A DNA stretch of 64,000 nt from Ophelia neglecta (lineage: Eukaryota), in NCBI GenBank assembly GCA_965285935.1, contig OZ260662.1, positions 36,828,001 to 36,892,000 of the forward strand, in the 5' to 3' direction. Each line of letters begins with the position of its first letter. Positions within the stretch are counted from its first letter, which is position 1. Positions 37,928 through 49,900 of this stretch are shown one piece after another. A program made the translations under genes and the position numbers. Under the pieces are notes generated by a model. It did no database searches. It saw only the letters and a program-made list of their open reading frames with translations, and was not told the origin of the DNA.

Positions 37928-40900
37928 TTAAATAGCCGTATCTCCTTTGTAGTAAAAGCTTACCGGCCTGACAATTGTATCGATATTGGCGAGGTCTGCC
38001 CCATCTGTCTTACTAAGTTTTTTTTGTTCTGTCATCGCTTTACGAGGTAATATCACCAATTCAAGGAGGAAATATCCAAACATTCCGAGACCGAGGACGC
38101 ACGTCAAAATGTATAACTTGATACTAGTGCAAAGGAAGCTACTGTAAGCGAACGCTATAACGAAACCAAGTGACTCCCACAGTCGGTGGTTGGAAAAGGC
38201 TACCTCAGACTCGCTACTAAATATTGACCCATACAGCGCTGGAAAAGATAACACGGTGTGCAGCCAAACCATGCAATTATATTAATTTATTACATATTTA
38301 AATAGCATTTTTTTCTATGATTTGATCCGTATTTGGATATGGTAAATTATCTCTGGAAAATAACAATAAAAACATTCAAAAGACCTACATGCGATATTTG
38401 TCGATTAATGACTTTGGTTGAGCAGGCATACCCACCGTTTATTTGTGTTTGCCAGATACCGTCTGTAAGCCCCCACATACCGGCGAGTATGAAAATGACA
38501 TATTCCTGGTGAGAATCAGGTACCCAAAACATCAATGTAAACTGGGTGCACAGATCAACGCATAAACCTACAACAATTAAATAGGTTCCTAATATATCTA
38601 AATGCAAAATGAGAGGATGGGTGTAACTTATAATAATATTACCTGCTGATGAACCTTCCTATTTATTATCATGTCTTTTAGTCTGGTTGTTACTACAGTC
38701 TTTTCAGCAGCCCTGCTCATCCATTTGAACAAATGTATCTACACACTTCGAATTATCAAGTGCTCATTGACCACTCCGGCCCTCACCAATTATTGAAAGC
38801 ATTATATTCGGCCACGCCATATTCAACAGTGTTTCTCGCAAGATAAAACTTGTATAGAAAATCAGTCATTTTTTATTTCCACAAATTGTTAAATACTGAA
38901 ATACAATTGTTTGAAAAAGCAATAGTCCAGTTCACCTGTTATGAAGATTGGTAACCTTCCTGTGTATTTTGCAAGCTGTCCTGTGCTGAAGGAAACTATG
39001 GTGTTTACAACACTAAAGGATAAGGTAACTAGTCCAACCTTATATATGCCAAGGGGACAGCTTACAAAAGACTGAAATAAATTATGGACATAAATGAATC
39101 ACAAATAATATTAAGCCCTCCAGAAAATTTTAAATATGTAAGTTTCGCTTTTATTGTGACTGAACAGTTAAATTTGCAACATAAAATGATAGATTTTTAC
39201 AAAGCAGAAAGACATTGCCCCTATCCGTAGGGGCATCACTCAAAGATACAAACACTAAAATAGTATCATCGAAGGATTCCCCTTAAGGATACTCATTAAG
39301 CCGTTCTTTTAGGTTCCCCGGCCTTTTCTAGGTTCTCTAGGTCACACGTGTAGTTTCATTATATGTAGCGTTTGTTCAGATCATTGACGAACTTTTATTG
39401 TTTCACAAATTTATATTAAACGGTATAATTGTGGAACTAAAATATTTGTCAAGCGTATATCTTTTTTTTTCTTTAATAATCGTACTCTAATAAAAACGGG
39501 AGTGAATGCCCAGCAACAAATCAAAATCATGCAGAAAGAAAAGTCCAATAATTCGGTCCGAATCATCAGGATCCACCAGCAACATGACCACAGGAATCAG
39601 TCCCCAGAGTGCAGACTTCATAGCCTACGGTTATTATTTTGGTACATTTCGTTTTATTAATCAGACAGAAAAGCAAACGATCTTACAAAGAACACTAGTT
39701 TCGAATGATACAATCTGTGTGCATTGGAAATAAGAAGATTTCTACAAGGATTGCTACAAGGTATAGATCTCTGTGATATTGTCCTGCAAGTCGATGGTGC
39801 TTCAGTCAGGCCAGGGGAGGGCGGCAGGAACCTCGGAGCTTATTTTGATCCAGTCATGTCTTCCGATCAGCATATTGCAAATGTCTGCCGCTCAGCCTAT
39901 CTCCACCTGCATAGGATTTCTAGGATCCGAAAGTATTTGAACAGAAGTGCTACTGAAAGCCTGATTCATGCTTTTGTAACTTCACGCTTGGATAATTTGA
40001 ATTCCTTGCTATTGGGTCTCCCGCAGTCGAAATTAAGTCTGCTTCAGAGGGTTCAAAATGCCGCAGCCAGGGTGGTGATACGGGTCGCGAGGAGAGAACA
40101 TATCACTCCAGTACTTTATGACCTCCATTGGCTTCCAGTCCAATTTCGAATCCAATACAAGGTGTGTTTGCTTGTTTACAAGTGCTTGGCGGGTGTGGCA
40201 CCTTCATACTTATGTGAGCTGCTGCAACCATACAAACCTAGCCGTACTCTTAGATCTCGTGACAAAAAGCTCCTCAGTGTAGCGCTGTGCCATACCTAAA
40301 CCTATGGAGATCGAGCGTTTTATTTTGCTGCACCATGGCTTTGGAACTTGCTCCCTCTTGATCTGCGAATGACCACCTCATTGGAAACTTTTAAGAAAAA
40401 ATTGAAAACGCACTTTTTTACTATTGCCTACAACTAGACTAGACTTTTATCTAATTTCGTTTTAATATAGTATCTAATCTTAGGCCTTTCTTAGTAATTT
40501 TCCATGTTCTAGTCATATTTATTGTAATGCGCTCTTGAGGATATGTAAATATGGAATGAGCGCAATATAAATGCATCTTAATAATAATAATAGGAAATCA
40601 TATTTTCTGTCATAAAGACGTGACCGTTAAATGCTATCTTTAGAGAAGATTTTATCCACTCAATATCAGTCCTCTTGGCATTTAGTGGTATCTCTCAATC
40701 TTGAACAAAGCTACATGTACGTCACTAGCATATCGTCTGAAGTAGTGGTTATAATAAATAAAAATAGTATATGGCAACATTTGGAAGATACATCTAGATA
40801 CATTCATGAATGAATATACAAATGTGCAGCCAACGGAGCACAGGTTGTCCCCATTGAAGTCCCACAAGTTTGGCGAGAAACGCCCCTTGCTACCTTGACA

Positions 40901-43900
40901 AAAATGTCGTTGACGAGCAAGTATGTCGACATACCTGGTCATTGCCTTATTAGATAACACCTAATTAATTCGGTGAAAGGAAAGCATTTCTATTGCTTAT
41001 ATTCATTAAATGGCAACCTGTTTTTTTTTTGAAATGTGTTACGAGTTTTTTTTAGCCTCAACTTGAAATTATCATATGGAAGGATAGAGAAGTCAAAGGA
41101 AGAAAGAGTTCGGTAAATGGTTTGACCGATATCTCCAAGATATTTTAACAGATATTGACTGCCTCCCAGAATCCAAACAGGTTTCGGGTACTGGATATTC
41201 AGTCCAATATTCATTAACAACCTGCATATATCTTATTAGCATTGCGGTAAAAATGTTGGTAGTGCATTTTGTTCGAAACCGCTATTAACCATTGTTTATA
41301 TGAGCCCTTGTTCAATTTAAGCTGCCAGCATATAGCTTCCAGTATATTCTAGATACATCCAGACTAGAGGGTTGGTATTGGTTACAAGGGATTAAAGATG
41401 TCCTAAAAGAATATTTTGGTGGGTGTTATTGCACCCATTCTAAATTAAATGAAACGCCCTATTATTGAGACGAAGTAACGGAATGCGATTATACGTTTGT
41501 GTGGTCTTACTTTCCTCTCATGGCTTCAAACCGATCAAACTGAAGACTTTCCAGCTTCCTCAATTGCGTTTAACTCCATCTTATGCATATTTGTCTAGGT
41601 ATAGATAGATGAAGGCAGTTTTTGGCCTCCTTTTATATCTATTGATTATAAAACGGCATGGAAGAAATTGGTACCAAAGCTTTCATTGTTGTTCTGGTCA
41701 AAATAGCTACGGCTGTATGGTGGCACGTTTACTATACTGCAGCTATACATACCGCACTGAATTCAGCAGAGAAAAACGTCTGCTCAAACCCACTAAACAT
41801 AGTTAGCACTATAAGTAGGAGCTGCTCCTTGTGTCTGAGATGTTTGGCTGTTCCCACTGCCAGACGCGCTAGCTCCTTTCTGCTTACTTTAGGGTCACGA
41901 AGGTCACGTGGTAGCTGGTCAACCAGTAGGCTCACCAATATCACGGCGGCAACGGCAATAGCTATGTAGATACCAACCATAGTCCATACCTGAAAACGTA
42001 CATACTTATCCTGAATAACATATTAAAAACAACGAGTGCAGTTTCCAGACCAGTTACCCCACCATTTGCCATAAAAAGGCCAGGATAACCGTAGTTTATA
42101 AAATTCATCACAAAGATCGAATTAATATGATGAGAAAGTCCTCCTCAAGACAATTCGACAGGGGAAATCCCTCACCTTTCCTGTTTTTTTCCACAATACG
42201 AACAAAGCGATTAATTCAAAATAATATGCTAACCATACTAGTAGGACCTTTTGTACCAAATTGATGCTCCATCACCAATCGTAATATTTTTAGAAGAACG
42301 ATTTACAAAGCTTTCGTGTTATTGCTCAGAGTTATACGAAATTCTGACTTGTTTTCCATGCAGACAAACGTCTTGAATTTGTAGTCAGCAGGTGGCATAA
42401 AAAGGCCGAACCATTATAATTCACTGATGGCACCTGAGGTTTTTGAACAAAAATCGTTCACTTTGGATACTATAGATGGAAAGTTGTTAGTCAGTCGTAT
42501 TAGTGTTATTACAGTCATATGTGATCATAGCGTAATGTATAAATTGGTAGTGACTATTGTATTCTCTAACATGCCTTTCTATCACTTCAGACACCATTGT
42601 TCAAGTATAAGTAACTTCGATTTCTTCCGCAATAAATAATATTTTAAACTCCATATGACTGTTTTGACTTTTGGGTTACCCGAGAAAAATAAACCCTCCT
42701 TGTCACTCGCGGTGCTATCATCAGGGTTTTATGTACATTAGAATTAATCACTGTGTTGTTGGGGCAGGAATATACCCACATCTTAGTGTGCTGGCATCAG
42801 ATTCTTCTAGATGAAACCTTCTGGCATTATGTTGAGACTGCCAGTATACCTTTATCTTACCGTACTTTAGACTATAGTTGTCGAATTTGTAATTAACTCG
42901 CACCTTACCGTGTTTTCATTTGCAGGTACCGGTTCCTTTACATTATGATTCTTGGGGCTGCAATTAACACATACCTTACTTTGCTGTCATCAGCATTCTC
43001 CAAACTGCAGTCACTCTATTTTTGGCGGCAGTGGTGAAACCTCATGTTACCATGCTGCATTTGGTTTTTTTTCCAAAATGGGATTACTGGCGTTGTTGCT
43101 AAGGCAGACATAGATCGTATCATGACGTACTGTAATGAATATTATTCCAAAGTAGGTTTACCCACATTGGAGTTGACTCATACCCACGTCTTACCGTGCT
43201 GTCGTCAGGTTTCTCCAGATTTGGGTTACTGATGTTGTTTTTAGGGCAGTCATTAACCCCACAGTAAGCGACCACATCCTCGGGGGTGAATTCCGGACTG
43301 GATGTGCCGTTCTTCTCAACCGGTCGCAGCACGGTGAAAGAAATGATGGAACCAATGTTGCCCGCTATAGTTGGATGAAATCAATAAGTTGGATAAATGC
43401 TATAGTATTTATCATTATTTCATTGAGACATAGTCGAAACTCATAGGTATAAAGTTGGAACCCAATATGTGAGCACAAACAAGAATGCATAGGAATACTC
43501 TGTGATAGGCCTAACGACAGTCGCCCTGCCGACAATTGTCACAACTACTTTGCACCGCATGACAATGGTACATCTAGAATAGAATCACCCAATTCTGAAA
43601 TTCGGTACATTGGAATGGCTTGTTCGATCAAGTCGGCTCTGTATTTTCCAAATTTGAATGACACAGTAAGCTACCAGATAATTTAAACATCCACATTTAT
43701 GTTAGTCTTTATGCATCGTATTTTGTCATTGCTTTGGAAATGGTTTCATTTGACCAGATGATCTTACTCTTAATTGAATTCAAATTTCAACAATCAACTT
43801 GCGTTTTAAACGATTTTACAATCGTTCATTTAATTTAATTAAACTGACTTTTGAAACACATAAAATGCATAATCGCCAGGAACTTCAGAAAGTGCTCATG

Positions 43901-45113
43901 TAATAAAATATGAATAACCTTACCTTTAATGGTCTATTTGTTTATCATTAATTATATTAAGGCAAACTCACAATAATCATTCGGTAAATACAAATTCAAT
44001 GTTACAACTCCTGTTGTCACTTAGTCCGTGTTGAACAATTGAACATATTCCACATACAAAGTTATTTAATTTCTAGCGTGGATTATTCTTTTGCAAAGTA
44101 ATGATAAAACAAACATTAACCTTTTAGAAGCGTTTTAATTATCCATATATAAAAGACCGTTTATTTATTTAATTACATTCTAAATTAAAGGGTTCGCTAA
44201 ATGAAGATCCACTATGGTGAATTCCTATTTTAAAAATGGAAATGTACCCGAAATTTGCGTGGATATTCGACTGACAAAGCGAATATTTAGAAAATAAAAT
44301 TCCACTAAATCGGTGCGACATTATCAGAAACCATCAGATGTATGCTTCTTAAATTCAATCCCCCTGCATTACCATGACAACTGCATATAACGTTGTCATT
44401 CGGGCGAATAATTGTGGTGTTGTTTGCAATGACATAGTAGATCATAGTCAACTATTTTCAAGACACCCGGTCCAAACATAGTTTAATACTAATGACTAGT
44501 GGTTATTCATTGAATGACAGACCAGTTAATTTCCATTCTTATACAGATAGGCTATTTAAATACATTACATGAATAGCTTACACATTTGGAAGAACATAAA
44601 GAAGATTCCAAAGAATTTCGTGATGACATCTTGCTCTTTCTCGCCTTTCAGCTGAGCGTATCGAACTGCGATTTTGGTAAAGTATGAACATTGGGCTGTC
44701 CACAGTGGCGCCGCCGCAAGACCTACGATGATACTAGCTGTGATCATGGTACCCCAGACTGCGTAGCCATTGGCTGCCATCCACAGGATATATCCCATAA
44801 ACGACAGTGGGATGGTCCATTTGTGGCCAATCAGGGAGATAAGCATTTTGGGAAAGAATAAACAGGAAATGAGCAAAGTAGCGTAGAGCACACTTTGTGT
44901 AATAACACCCATGCCTTCGACGCGATGAAGGCTGCTCTGGAGACGTGATAAACCCACAAACGAGCTAAACAGCATCAAAAAGGATATGCTTATAAGAAAT
45001 ATATTCTTCCATATTCGTCGTATTTCATTCCTAACTTCAATTTCTGTCCATGCTTTAACTGGCTTTCCATCCTGCACAGCAAAGTGTGAAACGATATTCT
45101 TTCTTTCCGACAT
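37928..45113 (-). CDS. UNC93A: UNC-93-like protein A, paralogue B (6 coding exons, 505 aa)
   Basis: Exons 45113-44582, 43364-43195, 41989-41753, 39071-38936, 38567-38436, 38238-37928; 1518 nt; internal exon sizes and phases identical to A. Confidence 0.92.
39400..41600 (-). mobile_element. Decayed Penelope-like RT fragment in intron 3 of copy B
   Basis: Remnants WILGGS..LL, SFDFSIL, LLVNDIFVK, (P)MGTTCAPL and FYDRKYDF match Penelope-like RT motifs (TFDFSTLY, LIDNIFV, GIPMGTNCAPL, YDKRDDF); boundaries approximate; interrupted by an L2 insert. Confidence 0.6.
39762..40588 (+). mobile_element. 5'-truncated L2-clade LINE insertion
   Basis: RNLGAYFD, LIHAFVTSRLDNLNSLL, QRVQNAAAR, HITPVLYDLHWLPV, YKPSRTLRS and a (TAA)n tail; copy C has the empty site CTACAAGG|AATAGGAAATC. 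Confidence 0.9.
42700..43250 (-). repeat. Degenerate ~70-bp tandem array derived from the exon 2/intron 2 junction (copy B)
   Basis: Seven decayed copies of the last ~55 nt of exon 2 plus donor; donor-equivalent positions near 43125, 43049, 42978, 42907, 42859, 42785, 42709. Confidence 0.65.
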
Positions 45114-45789
45114 TCTATAGACAGCTTCGCACGCAGTGAGAGTTGTTCAATCACTCTATGCTAATCATTCATGAATGATTCCCGCTATATGTATTCTATG
45201 TAGTTACATATATGCACTTTACAATTGTATGAAAAGGCGCTTCTAAACGGCAAACATGTGCCTTGCCTCAAGCATTATACCACGCCCGGCTGCTTCAAGG
45301 TCTGTGGCCACGTAAATTATTTCCTCTCGAAGGACAAAATAACCCAGGTGCTTCATAGTCAAATAAAAATAAATAAACGTTTCACAAACTTACAGTTGGC
45401 GGCAATATATTTTTTTGACAAATTTATGAATTTAAGACGGGACGGGAAACATTCCGTAGCCTCTTACAGTGGCCTCTTTCAACCGTGTAGCTCCTTGACT
45501 GATTATGTTTCCTTGGAAAAACTTAGGTGTTTTCAATGACATGATAGTCTTTATGGCTCCTTTTTGACATAAACACAATATTTATTGTCGCAGAATTAAA
45601 AACATTCTAGGCAAGTTATGAAAGAAGAAGAGCGTGGGAAAGGACTGTGCTGAAATGTTTATAATACTGTTCATGTCATTCATATTTTATTTTTGCATTT
45701 GAAATAGTTACTTTAACCACACATTACCACACATTACCTAGTATATTAGTAGACGAAACTGAAAAGTCGTATCCGCCATATTTGAACCA

Positions 45790-45862
45790 TGGTTTGACGC
45801 GATCTAGAAATGAACTCTGATCTACCACTTACGAGGCGGACACCCTAAACACTCGGCCACGC
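45790..45862 (-). mobile_element. Truncated SINE head at the duplication junction
   Basis: Matches 36700-36772 (tRNA-like head only); the SINE body is absent. Confidence 0.7.
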
Positions 45863-46969
45863 TTTGGTGGTGCCTAGATGCAAGGAATTGCCCTACTCTA
45901 AATGTTTAAGTCTATTATTGGCAATGAATAGGTTTTTAATTTCCAGCTAAACAATTTCCAGCTAGGGTGTAAATAGGATCCACCTCCGTATATAACTGTA
46001 TTGACTGTTAATATATATTTGATGCCCTGTACCAGTAGAAAATTATATAAAATAAGCCGAGTTATACCGCGACCGGTGAATATTAATGTAGCCATTTCAT
46101 GACAAATGTATAGAGGCAGCTGGCATATTGCATTTGCATGTTCAACAAAATAAAAATCTTGTGTTATTCTGCTTCATCTTTGGCTTTTCTGTAATCATAA
46201 AGCCTTGAAGCTCATTTGCAACAATAAAATAGGAGACCATTCCTTTTGGCTCATATGGATAAAAAGAACTCGGAAAATCGAATGAATGAGGAGCTCAGTA
46301 TTAACAAATTTACCCTTGACAAATACCAACATGTTTGTAATTTATTCAAGTTTTTATTGATGTCGATTGGTGCTATGTTATAGAATTTTTTTGTTAAAAA
46401 CAATGAAATCCAGAGTTTAAGTATTTTTTTATAATTCATTTGATAGAGTGTTTACTAAAGCTTAAGTGTCTGTTCTACAAACCATGACAACACATAATAC
46501 AAACAAATGTTCATTTTTGAGTTTGTGGGAAGGTTATTTGAAGAGAGCTTATCTACCCAACACGCTACCACCCAAACCCCAACCCACCTAACTCAACCCT
46601 ACTGCATCCACCACAACTCCGCCGCCAAAAATACAAGAGGCTCGTGAAATCTTTGCCACTCGAAAATGACCCCTGTTACATTTTTATTTAAGTGAAATGG
46701 CATCTATTCTTATTCTATAATAGTAGTACAAAAGAAATGTAGTGGTCTTTATAAGGGCTGATTTATTGTTCCATTTGAGAATACCTACACCCCTCCTAGT
46801 ATAATTAACAATGATATTTTTCATGAATGCTTATATAAATTACATTCTTTTATTTGGCTCATTGATACTTTTCATCTAAAAGATGAGCGCTGATTTGTTT
46901 GCAAGTTACAGGTAAATGCCACTTATGGTCGGTCTTAATTTACATAACTGTTTATGCTGAATCGTCGAG

Positions 46970-49900
46970 TCAAATAGCCGTATCTCCTTTGTAGTAAAAG
47001 CTAACCGGCCTGACCAGTGTATTGAGGTCTGCCCCATCTGTCTTACTAAGTTTTTTTTGTTCTGTCATCGCTTTACGAGGTAATATCACCAATTCAAGGA
47101 GGAAATATCCAAACATTCCGAGACCGAGGACGCACGTCAAAATGTATAACTTGATACTAGTGCAAAGGAAGCTACTGTAAGCGAACGCTATAACGAAACC
47201 AAGTGACTCCCACAGTCGGTAATTGGAAAAGGCTACCTCAGACTCGCTACTAAATATTGACCCATACAGCGCTGGAAAAAAGATAATACGGTGTGCAGCC
47301 AAACCATGCAATTATATCAATTTATTACATATTTAAATAGCATTTTTTTCTATGATTTGATCCGTATTTGGATCTGGTAAATTATCTCTGGAAAATAACA
47401 ATAAAAACATTCAAAAGACCTACATGCGATATTTGTCGATTAATGACTTTGGTTGAGCAGGCATACCCACCGTTTATTTGTGTTTGCCAGATACCGTCTG
47501 TTAGCCCCCACATACCGGCGAGTATGAAAATGACATATTCCTGGTTAGAATCAGGTACCCAAAACATCAATGTAAACTGGGTGCACAGATCGACGCATAA
47601 ACCTACAACGATTAAATAGGTTCCTAATATATCTAAATGCAAAATTAGAGGATGGGTGTAACTTATAATAATATTGCCTGCTGGTGTACCTTCCTATTTA
47701 TTATCATGTCTTTTAGTCTGGTTGTTACTACAGATTTTACAGCAGCCCTGCTCATCCATTTGAACAAATGTATCTACAACTTCGAATTACCAAGTGATCA
47801 TTAACCACTCCGCCCTCACCAATTATTGAAAGCATTATATTCGGCCACGCCATATTCAGCAGTGTTTCTCTCAAATCAAACTTGTATAGCAAATGAGTGA
47901 TTTTTTAATTCCACAAATTGTTTAATACTGAAAAACAATTGTTTTAAAAAGCATTAGTCCAGTTCACCTGTTATGAAGATTGGTAACCTTCCTGTGTATT
48001 TTGCAAGCTGTCCTGTGCTGAAGGAAACTATGGTGTTTACAACACTAAAGGATAAGGTAACTAGTCCAACCTTATATATGCCAAGGGGACAGCTCACAAA
48101 AGACTGAAATAGATTATGGGCATAAATGAATCGCAAATAATACTAATTTTAAATATGTTAGGGAAACAAGTTTCGCTTTTATTGTGACTGAACAGTTAAA
48201 TTTGCAACATAAAATGATAGATGATTGCAAAGCAGAAAGACATTGCCCCTATCCGTAGGGGCATCACTCAAAGATACAAACACTAAAATAGTATCATCGA
48301 AGGATTCCCCTTGAGGATTCTCATTAAGCCCTTTTTTAGGTTCTCAAGCCTTTTCTAGGTCCTCTAGGTCAAACGTGTAGTTTCATTATATGTAGCGTTT
48401 GTTCAGATCATTGACGAACCTTTATTGTTTTACAAACGTATATTAAACAGCATAATTGAGGAACTAAAATATTTGTCACGCGTATATCTTTTTTTCTTTA
48501 ATAATCGTACTCTAATAAAAACGGGAATGGATGCCCAGCAACAAATCAAAATCATGCATCAAGAAAAGTCCATTAATTCGGTCCGAATCACCAGGATCCA
48601 CCAGCCACATGACCACAGGAATCAGTCCCCAGAGTGCAGACCGCATAGCCTAAGGTTATTAATTTGGTACATTTCGTTTTATTAATCAGACAGAAAAGCA
48701 AATGATTTTACATAGAACACTAGTTTCGAATGACACATTCTGTGTGCATTGGAAATAAGAAGACTTCTACAAGGATTGCTACAAGGAATAGGAAATCATA
48801 TTTTCTGTCATAAAGACATGACCGTTAAATGCTGTCTTTAGAGAAGATTGTATCCACTCAATAACAGTCCTCTTGGCATTTAGTGGTATCTCTCAATCTT
48901 GAACAAAGCCACATGTACGTCACTAGCATATCGTCTGAAGTAGTGGTTATTGTACATAAAAATAGTATATGGAAACATTTGGAAGATACATCTAGATACA
49001 TCCATGAATAAATACAAATTTGCAGCCAACGGAGCACAGGTTGTCCCCATTGGATTCCTACAATTTTGGCGAGAAACCCCCCTTGCTACCTTGACAAAAA
49101 TGTCGTTGACGAGCAAGTATGTCGACATACCTGGTTGTTGCCTTATTAGATAAGGTTATTAATTTGGTACATTTCGTTTTATTAATCAGACAGAAAAGCA
49201 AATGATATTACAAAGAACACTAGTTTCGAATGACACATTCTGTGTGCACTGGAAATAAGAAGACTTCTACAAGGATTGCTACAAGGAATAGGAAATCATA
49301 TTTTCTGTCATAAAGACGTGACCGTTAAATGCTGTCTTTAGAGAAGATTTTATCCACTCAATAACAGTCCTCTTGGCATTTAGTGGTATCTCTCAATCTT
49401 GAACAAAGCCACCTGTACGTCACTAGCATATCGTCTGAAGTAATGGTTATTGTACATAAAAATAGTATATGGAAACATTTGGAAGATACATCTAGATACA
49501 TCCATGAATGAATAAAAATTTGCAGCCAACGGAGCACAGGTTGTCCCCATTGGATTCCTACAATTTTGGCGAGAAACCCCCCTTGCTACCTTGACAAAAA
49601 TGTCGTTGACGAGCAAGTATGTCGACATACCTGGTTGTTGCCTTATTAGATAAGGTTATTAATTTGGTACATTTCGTTTTATTAATCAGACAGAAAAGCA
49701 AATGATATTACAAAGAACACTAGTTTCGAATGACACATTCTGTGTGCATTGGAAATAAGAAGACTTCTACAAGGATTGCTACAAGGAATAGGAAATCATA
49801 TTTTCTGTCATAAAGACATGACCGTTAAATGCTGTCTTTAGAGAAGATTTTATCCACTCAATAACAGTCCTCTTGGCATTTAGTGGTATCTCTCAATCTT

